This document shows positions 18,332 to 28,104 of a stretch of DNA of 45,204 nt, in pieces. The DNA lies in NCBI GenBank assembly GCA_040220235.1, contig JAVJTO010000089.1. The stretch is one strand, 5' to 3'. The notes under the pieces are model-generated. The model did not search any database. It worked only from the letters and a program-made list of their open reading frames with translations, and was not told the origin of the DNA. Position numbers and translations under genes: made by a program. This DNA is from Coleofasciculus sp. B1-GNL1-01. Its GTDB lineage: Bacteria; Cyanobacteriota; Cyanobacteriia; Cyanobacteriales; Coleofasciculaceae. Numbering within the stretch: the stretch's first letter is position 1; each line of letters opens with the position of its first letter.

Positions 18332-21300
18332 ATGTTGGATGTCGAAGAGCGCAACTACAACAATCATCCGTCCTCTTTGGCTCAATGGGTCTACGATGCC
18401 ATCGGTCAACCGGGGGTGTGCCTGAGAGTCCGGTTACGAGGGAATAATTTACATATTCTTTGTGAAAGCCGTGAACGTATTCCCGCTCAAACGGTAGTCA
18501 ATCGTTTGCTTAAAGCCCTTAAAACTAAGCCAGACACCGCCATCTTTCCGATTGCTCTGGAAACCCCGATCTACCAAATTATTATCTACGGGCGTCAAGT
18601 TTCCCAATCACGTCCGGAATGGGTTAAGGAAATTCGCCTCAACACAGATACCCATGACACTGAATCTCGTCCTGAGTCCTCCTGGGAAACGACACCTGTT
18701 CAATCCGCGTTTGTCATCTCCCATGAAAGTCTCGCCCGTTCGGGTTCCCCAGACGCGATCGCCCGGTATCTCAGTGCTAATCTGAGTCATTTGGGTGTGA
18801 GTGTCAATGTCCAGATTCAGGACTTGCCAACCAAGGACAATCGAGAACAGTCCCTCGTCAAGCAAAAACCCAAAATCCCGTCCCAATCCTCACAACCTGA
18901 TCATCGGCGGCTGTGGGTTATCTGTACGTCGAACTATAGCCCAGATGTAGCATTACTGTCTGAGCCAATTGTGCAGCAGTTACGCTCTCTGGAACTGACT
19001 GAGTTTAAAGACGCCGCCATCTGCGCTCAAGTGCGCGGAGAAGCCAAACCCGAATGGATGGTGCGGGTGGATTTGACACCCTCTGACGTGATGCTCAAGG
19101 ATTGGGCGCGTTGGGCAGATGTGGAAGCGATCGCCACGCTGTCGAATCAAATGCTAGCGCGAGTGGGGATGACGGTGCGGGCGGTCTTGAAAGAAACCAC
19201 CCTGCATCTGTTTTGCAGTGCCTTGGATCTGGGCAAAACTCCAGTTCCTGACCAAACCACTGCCATGAATGCGATCGCGCCTCTGCTCAAATCATTAAAA
19301 CCCCAAGGGATTAAAGCGGCAACCATTTATGGCGTTGAATCGGATTACTTTTCCCTCGAACCTGAACCGGAAAAACCCGTCTGGGTGGATTGGGTAACCT
19401 TACCCGCGAGTGAAAAACCCCAACTCGCCTCTTCTAGCTATACCTTAGGGCAACAGGGTAATCTAAATGCCCTCACCTTTTTACTACAACGGTTGCTCAA
19501 TCCCGATTTGGATCAGCGACTAGCCACGGGTGGGATTCAACTCAAAGTGCGTCGTCAACACGACTTGCTGCACATTATGAGCGAAGCGCCCCTGTGTCCC
19601 TCTAAAGCGCAAGTGAGCCTACCCATTGTACGGCTGCTGCGTCAGCTTGCCATCCCCAATATCGCTGGCGTCCGGATTTACGGACGTTCGGCTGGCGCAA
19701 CCTCTCCCGCCTGGAATTATGGGGTAGATTTGACCGAACGCCGACGGTTGACCTCAGAATCCACTCCGGAATTTGTTACCTCTAATACAGACATTAGCGA
19801 GTTAGTTGTTCCCACCGAACAATCGGTATCGCGTCAGCATAAACCAGACACAACGCTCAAAGAGGATGTACAGCGTAGGTCAAAAACCGCCGTTGGCACA
19901 ATTGGACGCTGGTTGTGTTCGACCCAGCTTTTTGTCCCCACCCCAGACAATCAACGTGTCACCGTCGATACCCAACGCACCAGTTCTGAATCGTCACAAG
20001 CGGTTAAAGTGTCATTGGTGTGGGGGATTATGGGATTATTGCTGATGTTTTTGATTGATCGACCCGTTGGTCGCATCCTGCAACCCCAAGGCAGTTTACC
20101 CCGGCGAGATGCGGCATCAGCAGCAGAGGAGTCACCGATTCCGGTAGATTTGGCTGAACTCTCGTTGCAACAGAATAACAATCAGGATGCCGAAGACTTT
20201 AACGCCTCTGGGTTTACCCGCGAAGGAGATAAAAGCATTATCATTGATGATTCCTTACCCTCGGAGCGAGGAGATGCCACGCAAGCGGCGATGTTAGCCC
20301 TCGCCCGTTCCTCGAATCCCCCGTTTAATAACCAACTGCTCGATCAAAAGTTAGCCCTTTACCAAGAGCGCCTGCAACAAGGAAATCGCCCTGATGTGCT
20401 AATTATGGGCAGTTCCCGAGCTATGCGCGGCATTGATCCGGTGGCATTAGAAGAGGCGTTAGCAGTTGAGGGGTATTCCGGCATTGATGTGTTTAATTTC
20501 GGCATTAATGGTGCCACGGCTCAGATTGTAGACTTAATGACACGCCGGATTCTCACCCCGGATCAATTGCCGAAATTAATTATCGTGGCAGATGGCGCTC
20601 GCGCCTTTAATAGTGGTCGAGTTGATGCTACCTTTGAGGCGATCGCAGATTCCGAAGGTTACCGTCAGCTTAATGCTGGCACATTTCCCAATACCCCAGG
20701 TCAGCAACCCGCCCAAGCCAACCAAACCTCCCAGCCGTTGGCAGCATTGAGGAGAAGTTATCAATCCCTTGACGAGGGAACGAATCAACTTTTGGCAGGA
20801 CTATCCTCAACTTATCCTCAACGGGATCAACTCAAATCCCTATTGAGAGATCAGTTTGTCTCCTTGGTGAAAACCTTGCCCAATGTCTCCAGTTCTCCTG
20901 AATCCAAGCCAGACTTAGACCAAGATATGTCCATTGATATGGATGGCTTCCTGCCCTTATCCATTCGCTTTGACCCAGAAACGTACTACCAGAACCATCC
21001 CAGAGTGGCGGGGGCGTATGATGGCGATTATCAATCCTTCCAGCTTCGGGGTAAGCAAGATCAGGCATTTGATGCCCTGTTAACATTTGCTCAGGAACAT
21101 GACATTACTGTGGTTTTTGTGAATCTACCCTTGACCAACGATTACTTAGATCCCGTCCGTCTTAAGTACGAACAGCAATTTAAGCAATACATGCACGCGA
21201 ATGCTGTCGAACGGGAACTCATTTTTCGGGATTTAAGTGGATTATTACTCGGCAAACCCGATCATTTTTCTGACCCCAGTCATCTGAATCGCTTTGGAGC

Positions 21301-21367
21301 GTATGATGTTTCTAATCAGTTGGCGAAAGACCCGATGATTCCCTGGGCATTATTAGTTGGAGATTAG
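18332..21367 (+). CDS. Large single-pass membrane protein with C-terminal SGNH-like (DUF1574-like) domain
   Basis: TM LVWGIMGLLLMFLI. C-terminal VLIMGSSR, FNFGINGAT, FSDPSHLN (GSS/G/N/DxxH blocks). Repeated N-terminal module (LHILCE, LHLFCS, LHIMSE). Confidence 0.8.
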   Translation: MLDVEERNYNNHPSSLAQWVYDAIGQPGVCLRVRLRGNNLHILCESRERIPAQTVVNRLLKALKTKPDTAIFPIALETPIYQIIIYGRQVSQSRPEWVKEIRLNTDTHDTESRPESSWETTPVQSAFVISHESLARSGSPDAIARYLSANLSHLGVSVNVQIQDLPTKDNREQSLVKQKPKIPSQSSQPDHRRLWVICTSNYSPDVALLSEPIVQQLRSLELTEFKDAAICAQVRGEAKPEWMVRVDLTPSDVMLKDWARWADVEAIATLSNQMLARVGMTVRAVLKETTLHLFCSALDLGKTPVPDQTTAMNAIAPLLKSLKPQGIKAATIYGVESDYFSLEPEPEKPVWVDWVTLPASEKPQLASSSYTLGQQGNLNALTFLLQRLLNPDLDQRLATGGIQLKVRRQHDLLHIMSEAPLCPSKAQVSLPIVRLLRQLAIPNIAGVRIYGRSAGATSPAWNYGVDLTERRRLTSESTPEFVTSNTDISELVVPTEQSVSRQHKPDTTLKEDVQRRSKTAVGTIGRWLCSTQLFVPTPDNQRVTVDTQRTSSESSQAVKVSLVWGIMGLLLMFLIDRPVGRILQPQGSLPRRDAASAAEESPIPVDLAELSLQQNNNQDAEDFNASGFTREGDKSIIIDDSLPSERGDATQAAMLALARSSNPPFNNQLLDQKLALYQERLQQGNRPDVLIMGSSRAMRGIDPVALEEALAVEGYSGIDVFNFGINGATAQIVDLMTRRILTPDQLPKLIIVADGARAFNSGRVDATFEAIADSEGYRQLNAGTFPNTPGQQPAQANQTSQPLAALRRSYQSLDEGTNQLLAGLSSTYPQRDQLKSLLRDQFVSLVKTLPNVSSSPESKPDLDQDMSIDMDGFLPLSIRFDPETYYQNHPRVAGAYDGDYQSFQLRGKQDQAFDALLTFAQEHDITVVFVNLPLTNDYLDPVRLKYEQQFKQYMHANAVERELIFRDLSGLLLGKPDHFSDPSHLNRFGAYDVSNQLAKDPMIPWALLVGD

Positions 21368-21545
21368 TGAATTTGTCCTTGGTCAAAACACTGATTTCAC
21401 GAATTTATTGGGGAGATAAGGGTAGGGAGGTGAGAGCTTATTGACACTGATTACACAGAGAATTTAGTTCTCTCATCAAGATAGGATGATTGGGATTTTA
21501 AGCGTCATTGGTCTTATGTCATTGGTCTTATGTCCTTTGCAAACT

Positions 21546-21720
21546 GTAGGGGCGACCCGCTTGCTCTAATTTCCAACACCAATCCTTCAATTAGGTCGGG
21601 TCGCCCTTTACTATTAACCATTGCCGATTAACCATTCCCTATTCCCGATTAACCATTCCCTATTGCCTATTCCCCATTCCCCATTCCCCATTCCCCATTC
21701 CCTATTCCCCATTCCCCATT
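21546..21720. repeat. Inverted half copy of composite REP element plus STRR heptamer tract
   Basis: GTAGGGGCGACCCGCTTGC...CGGGTCGCCC (21546-21606) is the reverse complement of the right half of copies 1-3; followed by (CCCCATT/CCCTATT)n. Confidence 0.85.
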
Positions 21721-21730
21721 TCCTAAAAAA

Positions 21731-23248
21731 ATGGCATTTATCTCCATCACTTATGGATTATTCTTGCTAGGTGTCCTGTTTATTTACTGGAGCCAGCGTT
21801 CTTCATCGTGGCGATTATGGATACTTCTAATTGCCAGTTTGCTTTTTTATAGCAGCTTACAAATTCAATACATTCCGCTGCTATTGTTCATAGTTTGGCT
21901 CAATTTTTATTTAGGGCAGAAAATTGCGGTCAATACATCCCCTGGGTCACATCTCAACAATAACCGTCTCTCCAATGAAGAGTGGTTAATGGCACAAGAA
22001 CTTTGGAATCAGAAACGTTTGAGACTCTTGTGGCTAGGGATTGGATTAAATATTCTCTGTTTGGTCAGCTTCAAGTATGTCCCATTTATCCTGACGAATA
22101 TCTCCGCCCCCTTGAATTTACCCGTGGCGCGAGAGGGGGCAAGCTGGATTAGCGATCGCTTAATTGCTCCCTTGGGGCTTTCGTTTTTTGTTTTTGAATG
22201 TATTGCCTATTTAATTGATGTGTATCGAGGCGCACCCGCGACGCGCCAAGGCTTACAATTTGCCACCTATAAATTATTTTTCCCGAAACTCATTTCTGGT
22301 CCGATTACTCGCTACCATCAGTTCGCTAGCGAGTTTAAAGATATCCAATTTCCCAGTTTTGATCGCTTGAGTGAAGGACTATGGTTGATTGCCAGTGGTG
22401 CAGTAAAAAAGGCACTTTTAGCTGATCGCATCGGAATTTTTGTTGATCTATGTTTTGGCAACTTAGAACGGGCGGGTAGTGGCGATTTGTGGCTGGCTAT
22501 TTTTGCCTACGGATTACAACTGTATCTGGATTTTAGCGGCTATGTCGATATTGCCCGGGGGAGTGCTATCCTCATGGGATTTAACCTGCCCGAAAACTTT
22601 AATTTTCCTTACTTTAGTACCAGCATTGCCGATTTCTGGCGGCGCTGGCATATTACGTTAGGGGATTGGATTCGCAACTATCTCTATTTTCCCTTAGGTG
22701 GGTCACGTAAAGGATTAGGTCGAACCTGTCTGAACTTGTTTGTTGTCATGCTGATTATTGGCATTTGGCATGGTGCGGCTTGGGGATTTGTCGTGTGGGG
22801 AGGATTGCACGGTTTGGCTTTGGTGGTGCATCGTTTAACCCAAACCCTATCAGACCGCTTCGCTTGGCTAAAAGGATGGTGGCAAACGGGAGTCGGGGTG
22901 CTAGTGGCGTGGGCAATTACTCAATGGATGGTGTTCATGTCTTGGATTTTCTTCCGGCTACCTAATCTCAAACAAGCTGGCTTTGTAATTCAGAACCTCT
23001 GGGGTCAACCCGCCGATGTGCAGTTTGCCGAAAATGTTTATTTGACCGCCTTTGGCTTAGAACGCTTCGAGTTTACACTGCTGTTGGTCATCGTTGCCCT
23101 GTTCATGGCGGGTGTTTATGGGATTCATCGGGGTTTGAAGTTACAACTCAACTGGCCCCTGAAATTGCTCTTGGTGCCGCTGTGCCTTTATGCCGTGTGG
23201 TTGCTAGCGCCTGAAGGCGGTTTACCTTATATCTACTTTGATTTCTGA
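21731..23248 (+). CDS. MBOAT-family O-acyltransferase (AlgI/DltB-like)
   Basis: PLGLSFF, ISGPI, YLDFSGYVDIA, PENFNFPY, FWRRWHITL, GIWHGA; many TM helices. Confidence 0.93.
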   Translation: MAFISITYGLFLLGVLFIYWSQRSSSWRLWILLIASLLFYSSLQIQYIPLLLFIVWLNFYLGQKIAVNTSPGSHLNNNRLSNEEWLMAQELWNQKRLRLLWLGIGLNILCLVSFKYVPFILTNISAPLNLPVAREGASWISDRLIAPLGLSFFVFECIAYLIDVYRGAPATRQGLQFATYKLFFPKLISGPITRYHQFASEFKDIQFPSFDRLSEGLWLIASGAVKKALLADRIGIFVDLCFGNLERAGSGDLWLAIFAYGLQLYLDFSGYVDIARGSAILMGFNLPENFNFPYFSTSIADFWRRWHITLGDWIRNYLYFPLGGSRKGLGRTCLNLFVVMLIIGIWHGAAWGFVVWGGLHGLALVVHRLTQTLSDRFAWLKGWWQTGVGVLVAWAITQWMVFMSWIFFRLPNLKQAGFVIQNLWGQPADVQFAENVYLTAFGLERFEFTLLLVIVALFMAGVYGIHRGLKLQLNWPLKLLLVPLCLYAVWLLAPEGGLPYIYFDF

Positions 23249-23269
23249 TTTATAAGCCTAGCTTATAAA
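23249..23269 (+). terminator. AT-rich hairpin right after MBOAT stop
   Basis: TTTATAAGC-cta-GCTTATAAA. Confidence 0.35.
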
Positions 23270-23390
23270 AACTATTTAATTAATTAATAAAACCAGTGGA
23301 AGATTCAAATAAATATGAATACCATTAAAGATGAGGCAAAAATTTTGCCTTGCTTCAATCGAATCATGAAGTAATAGCACTAATCGAATT

Positions 23391-24473
23391 ATGACTACCA
23401 CAGTACAACGTCGCGAAAGCGCGTCTTTGTGGGAACGGTTCTGTAGCTGGGTGACTTCCACCGAAAACCGCCTGTATATCGGCTGGTTCGGTGTACTGAT
23501 GATCCCTACTCTCTTAACCGCTACCACCTGTTTCATCATCGCCTTCATCGCCGCTCCCCCTGTGGACATCGATGGCATCCGCGAGCCTGTTGCTGGAAGC
23601 TTACTGTACGGTAACAACATCATCTCTGGTGCTGTTGTTCCTTCCTCCAACGCCATCGGCTTGCACTTCTATCCCATCTGGGAAGCTGCATCCTTAGATG
23701 AGTGGCTTTACAACGGTGGTCCTTACCAGTTGGTAGCCTTCCACTTCCTCATTGGCGTCTTCTGCTACATGGGACGTGAGTGGGAACTATCCTACCGCTT
23801 AGGTATGCGTCCTTGGATCTGCGTAGCTTACAGCGCACCTGTAGCTGCTGCTACCGCCGTGTTCCTCATCTACCCCATCGGTCAAGGTTCTTTCTCCGAT
23901 GGTATGCCTCTGGGCATCTCTGGAACCTTCAACTTCATGTTCGTGTTCCAAGCTGAGCACAACATCCTGATGCACCCGTTCCACATGCTCGGTGTGGCTG
24001 GTGTATTCGGCGGTGCCTTGTTCAGCGCCATGCACGGTTCTCTGGTAACCAGCTCTCTGGTTCGTGAAACCACCGAAGTTGAATCCCAGAACTACGGCTA
24101 CAAGTTTGGGCAAGAAGAAGAAACCTACAACATCGTTGCCGCTCACGGCTACTTTGGTCGGTTAATCTTCCAATATGCTTCCTTCAACAACAGCCGTTCT
24201 CTGCACTTCTTCTTAGGTGCGTGGCCCGTGGTTGGTATCTGGTTCACAGCACTGGGTATCAGCACCATGGCTTTCAACCTCAACGGTTTCAACTTTAACC
24301 AGTCAATCCTGGATTCCCAAGGTCGTGTCGTCAACACCTGGGCAGACGTACTCAACCGCGCCAACTTAGGATTTGAAGTCATGCACGAGCGCAACGCTCA
24401 CAACTTCCCCTTAGACTTGGCGGCTGGTGAAGCTACTCCCGTAGCTCTGACGGCTCCTAGCATCAACAGCTAG
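23391..24473 (+). CDS. psbA: Photosystem II D1 protein (E130 form)
   Basis: 360 aa. Y161, D170 and C-terminal [13 protein letters not shown] intact; YMGRE gives E130; G80/F158/T286; strongly biased codon usage. Confidence 0.99.
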   Translation: MTTTVQRRESASLWERFCSWVTSTENRLYIGWFGVLMIPTLLTATTCFIIAFIAAPPVDIDGIREPVAGSLLYGNNIISGAVVPSSNAIGLHFYPIWEAASLDEWLYNGGPYQLVAFHFLIGVFCYMGREWELSYRLGMRPWICVAYSAPVAAATAVFLIYPIGQGSFSDGMPLGISGTFNFMFVFQAEHNILMHPFHMLGVAGVFGGALFSAMHGSLVTSSLVRETTEVESQNYGYKFGQEEETYNIVAAHGYFGRLIFQYASFNNSRSLHFFLGAWPVVGIWFTALGISTMAFNLNGFNFNQSILDSQGRVVNTWADVLNRANLGFEVMHERNAHNFPLDLAAGEATPVALTAPSINS

Positions 24474-24496
24474 TTCTCCGAATTAGATACTCGGTA

Positions 24497-24529
24497 AAAT
24501 GTAGGGTGGGCAATGCCCACCCTACATTT
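24497..24529. repeat. REP hairpin downstream of psbA (may act as terminator or mRNA stabiliser)
   Basis: AAATGTAGGGTGGGC-aat-GCCCACCCTACATTT, 15-bp perfect stem. Confidence 0.8.
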
Positions 24530-24687
24530 CTATCTGCTGTACTAAGAAAAGTTAACGAGCGTCAAATCCTTACTGTTCCCTGTGAGACACCGAGCGTGTT
24601 ACCGAGCGGAGTCGAGGTAAGTCGAGGTGTTCCCCGTTCCCTGTTCCCTTGTCCTCATGCTCAATTTTAATGATGTCCAACTACTTA

Positions 24688-24890
24688 GGGCTTGCTGCAC
24701 ACACTGGGAACCCTTATAAATCAAGGCTTTGAGGCGTATAGACAGTGGATAAAGTGTAAGGAAATGGGGTAGCATTCTTCATAAGTATGGCATCACCTTG
24801 CTCAGGAAAAATATACCCTTGCTCCCCCAGCTTCCCCAGCTTCCCCAGCTTCCCCAGCTCCCCCTCACCACAACACTTATTCAGCAGCCC
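24688..24890. mobile_element. ~200-bp MITE abutting the osmC stop codon
   Basis: Ends GGGCTTGCTG and CAGCAGCCC(C); flanking direct repeat CTACTTA(G) at 24681 and 24891; internal CCCCAGCTT-type 9-mer x4. Confidence 0.65.
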
Positions 24891-25334
24891 CTACTTAGTT
24901 AAAGCCGCATCAAGTTCGATTTCTACATTTTGACGCAAAGCATTAGAAATTGGACAAGCTTTCTCCGCTTCTTGGGCAATCTGTCCAAATAGAGTATCGT
25001 CCAGGTTAGGAACTTGTCCTTGCGTGGCTAGACGCATTTTGGTAATCTTGAATCCCCCATTTTCCTGAGATTCTATCGAGCAGAATGCCTGCGTTTGAAG
25101 ACTTTCAGCTTTATAGCCTTTTTCTGCCAAAGTATGAGCAAGCGCCATGGTGTAACAAGCCGCATGGGAAGAGGCAAGCAGTTCTTCAGGATTTGTACCT
25201 GGGGTATCCTCGAAGCGCGTGGAAAAGGTGTAGGGAGTATCGTTGAGGATATGACTTGATGCATTAATGTGACCATTGCCGCTTTTCAAGTCGCCATTCC
25301 ATTGTGCTTGTGCCGTTCGGGTTAATGTAGTCAA
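24891..25334 (-). CDS. osmC: OsmC-family peroxiredoxin
   Basis: WNGDLKSGNG, FSTRFE, GTNPEELLASSHAAC, CPISNAL. TTG start preceded by GGAGGTAGGAG. Confidence 0.92.
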   Translation of the reverse strand: MTTLTRTAQAQWNGDLKSGNGHINASSHILNDTPYTFSTRFEDTPGTNPEELLASSHAACYTMALAHTLAEKGYKAESLQTQAFCSIESQENGGFKITKMRLATQGQVPNLDDTLFGQIAQEAEKACPISNALRQNVEIELDAALTK

Positions 25335-25472
25335 ACTCCTACCTCCTAAGTTGTATTGAAGTGATGTTTTCTATTTATTGGTAAACGCTGTTGCGTAATT
25401 CACATCATTCGCCAATTTATGTTAGGAGTTATGGGTGACAACTGCATGTGTCACAAGGTAGATCCTGCCTGC

Positions 25473-26027
25473 TCAGGACACATGAGTCTCACCAGAACCA
25501 ACGATACCCACCTTATGACGGAACATTAATTCACCGCCATACCAACCGCTTGCTAATAGCAGAATTGCCACGATTGAGGAAAGGATCAGTCCCACGGGAA
25601 TAATAATAGTCACTGGTTTGCCCAATCGGAGGAAAAAGTTAACACCACTCAACACCAGTACCCCTACATTGAGCAGCGCATGTACCCAACCCGCTGTACG
25701 CTGGCGAACTCGGGAAATACGCAGGAAGTCTACAAGACCAATTAACGCGGCTGCAATCGCTGAGAGTAATCCCAGTCCCAATAGCCAAACTGAGGCTCTT
25801 GACCAAAATACATCGCGGGTTAACCAATAACCGATATCTGTACCAGCGACACCACTCAAGAATGCGATCGGGAAGATGACAATAATCGGATGGATAGGAT
25901 GACCAAAAATCGCGACCGAACTGGTAATTCCTGTTCCCCGATATTCTGTCTCCCGGCTATCGATGAGGGGTGGAATGCTGGGATACGGAACGTTTTCGCT
26001 TTGAGTTTGAAAATCGCTAGTCTCCAT
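25473..26027 (-). CDS. DUF2231-like membrane protein
   Basis: GHPIHPIIVIFPIA, WVHALLN, GWYGGELMFRH; four hydrophobic helices. Confidence 0.82.
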   Translation of the reverse strand: METSDFQTQSENVPYPSIPPLIDSRETEYRGTGITSSVAIFGHPIHPIIVIFPIAFLSGVAGTDIGYWLTRDVFWSRASVWLLGLGLLSAIAAALIGLVDFLRISRVRQRTAGWVHALLNVGVLVLSGVNFFLRLGKPVTIIIPVGLILSSIVAILLLASGWYGGELMFRHKVGIVGSGETHVS

Positions 26028-26107
26028 GGTTTTCTCCTAATGGTTTTATGGAATTAAATCACTGCGGGAGTAAGGTTTACACCAAATGTTTAAGCTAAGC
26101 CGTTTGC

Positions 26108-26136
26108 GTTGGGTTTCGTTCCTCAACCCAACCTAC
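26108..26136 (-). repeat. GTAG-type REP hairpin
   Basis: GTTGGGTT-tcgttcctc-AACCCAAC-CTAC. Confidence 0.8.
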
Positions 26137-26164
26137 TCTGGTTAACATTTACCCAATCACGGCT

Positions 26165-27865
26165 TTATTGGGAAAGTTTAGAAACATACTCAAATCGGGA
26201 TTTAAGCCAGTTTCCGGCTTCTTTGACGTTCTGGCTGAAGGGCTGCTGGGTGTTGAGAAATACACGAGCGCAATTACGTCCGGGTAGACCAGAAATTGAG
26301 CCACCAGGGTGGGTTCCCGCCCCCGTTAGGAATAATCCATCAATGGGGGTTTGATAATTGGCAATTTCGGGTAGAGGGCGGAAAAAGATCATCTGTTCTA
26401 GGGTCATATCAATGTGATAATGATTACCTTTGTAAACCCCGAGGCGATCGCTTAAATCAGCCGGACTCTCAACGCGACGGGCAATGACGGCATCTTTGAC
26501 GTTTGGCGCATACTCTGCCAGTTTGTCTATGATCCGATCCGCTACTTGGTTCTTTCGCTCCTCTGTCCACCCTGTACCAAACAAACCCGTCCCCTCAGCG
26601 CCACGAATTTGATAGGGGGCATAAAACTCAATCCATAGCGTATGTTTACCCTCTGGCGCCATGGAGGGATCGAGGACGGTTGGCACAGCCACCCACAACG
26701 AGATATCCTGATCCGGAATCTGTCCCATGATCGGCAAATTATGAGCTGCTTCTACCTGGTTGATCGAGTCGGCAATTAGCACTGACCCCATTAGATATTC
26801 ATCTTTATGGTCATACGCTTCAAAACGGGGTGCTTCTGAGAGGGCGCAGTCGATCTTCAAAATACCATCATTACTATTGACAATCCGACGCTTGATCCGC
26901 TCGTTTAACTGAGGCGCGATCGCTTGGGCATCGGCTGGGTCAATAAGCTGAAGAAAGAGACGCTGGGCGTCAATGCTGGAGATAATCCCCTTCGTCGCCC
27001 GATACTCCTGACCCCCGGCAACCCGAACGGCTTCGGCTCGTCCATTGTTGCCCATGAGAATCTGCTCAACATGCTGATCACATAAGATAGTGCCTCCATG
27101 ATGGTTCACCAGCTTAATCAACGCTTGGACTAAGGCACCCGTACCCCCACGAGGTCTGGCGGTACCAGGGTCATGGCGGAGTGCCATCATGATCGCACCA
27201 ATCGCGATCGTTTTCTCCGCCGGAGAAGCCCCCAGTTCAGAGGCAAGTCTAGCTAAGGGGGCTTTGACAAATTCGCAGTCAAACCACTCATTTAATGAAT
27301 CCTTAGGACTTGTCAGCATAGTACGGAGCAAGTCCAGGCTTTTATCCACGCCTCCTAGCAATGAAAGCATGTCTTGCAGGTTATGCAACCCATAGTTCCC
27401 TAAAATGTCAATAATCGATTTAGGGGGGGCGTTGAATATAGGAGTAATGGCTTGAATCAGGCGATGCCAAAAGTCCATATACTCTCGATACTTCTGGGCA
27501 TCACGCTGGCTATAGCGAGCGATTTCGGCACAAGTCTTTTCAACGGAGCGATGAGCTAAGAAATACTTGCCATCAGGATGAGGACAGAAAATAGTGGGAT
27601 CGCAGTATAGATACTCAAGTCCAAACTTGGTTAACTCGAGTTCTTCAACAACTGGTCCTAGGTGAATAAATTCGTGATCGATCGCACAAAGGTTAAAGTA
27701 GAAGCCCGGAGCTTCTTCTGGCATGGCTTCCTCTGTTGTAGCGGCTCCACCTACGACAGAACGCTTTTCGAGTAGCAAAACGCTGTAACCTGACTTGAGC
27801 AAATAACCTGCACAAACTAAACCATTATGACCCGCACCGATGATGATGACATCATAAGTTTCCAT
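26165..27865 (-). CDS. crtO: Beta-carotene ketolase CrtO-like FAD oxidoreductase
   Basis: DVIIIGAGHNGLVCA, GGAATTEE, CAIDHEFI, LEYLYCDP, GAGTHPGGSISG, matching cyanobacterial CrtO as I recall it. Confidence 0.85.
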   Translation of the reverse strand: METYDVIIIGAGHNGLVCAGYLLKSGYSVLLLEKRSVVGGAATTEEAMPEEAPGFYFNLCAIDHEFIHLGPVVEELELTKFGLEYLYCDPTIFCPHPDGKYFLAHRSVEKTCAEIARYSQRDAQKYREYMDFWHRLIQAITPIFNAPPKSIIDILGNYGLHNLQDMLSLLGGVDKSLDLLRTMLTSPKDSLNEWFDCEFVKAPLARLASELGASPAEKTIAIGAIMMALRHDPGTARPRGGTGALVQALIKLVNHHGGTILCDQHVEQILMGNNGRAEAVRVAGGQEYRATKGIISSIDAQRLFLQLIDPADAQAIAPQLNERIKRRIVNSNDGILKIDCALSEAPRFEAYDHKDEYLMGSVLIADSINQVEAAHNLPIMGQIPDQDISLWVAVPTVLDPSMAPEGKHTLWIEFYAPYQIRGAEGTGLFGTGWTEERKNQVADRIIDKLAEYAPNVKDAVIARRVESPADLSDRLGVYKGNHYHIDMTLEQMIFFRPLPEIANYQTPIDGLFLTGAGTHPGGSISGLPGRNCARVFLNTQQPFSQNVKEAGNWLKSRFEYVSKLSQ

Positions 27866-28104
27866 AAGGTAGTAGGGATTGATATTTTCCAGATAGTAAT
27901 GAATCTGAAGGATTTGTTGAATCTACCCTAAGGAGTAAGTTACTTAAACAAAGGATTCTGACTTATGCAAGCGTGGGATATAGGTTAAATGTATGTTCGG
28001 CTTTATTGTGCTGATCATCGTACAAATGCAATAATTGCTTAAAACTAGGCGTTAATGAGTTATGTCTGCCTCATAACGCCATTACTCCCTTAATAAACCA
28101 TTAA

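Noticed and set aside
23276..24394. Antisense ORFs over psbA
   Set aside because: Shadow ORFs caused by strong codon bias.
23391..24473. Rogue, super-rogue or microaerobic D1 variant
   Set aside because: Y161, D170 and the C-terminal ligands are intact, and G80/F158/T286 are the standard residues.
28048..28080. Hairpin upstream of P450 as riboswitch or operator
   Set aside because: A single imperfect inverted repeat (GGCGTTAATGAG...CTCATAACGCC) with no family features; not enough support.
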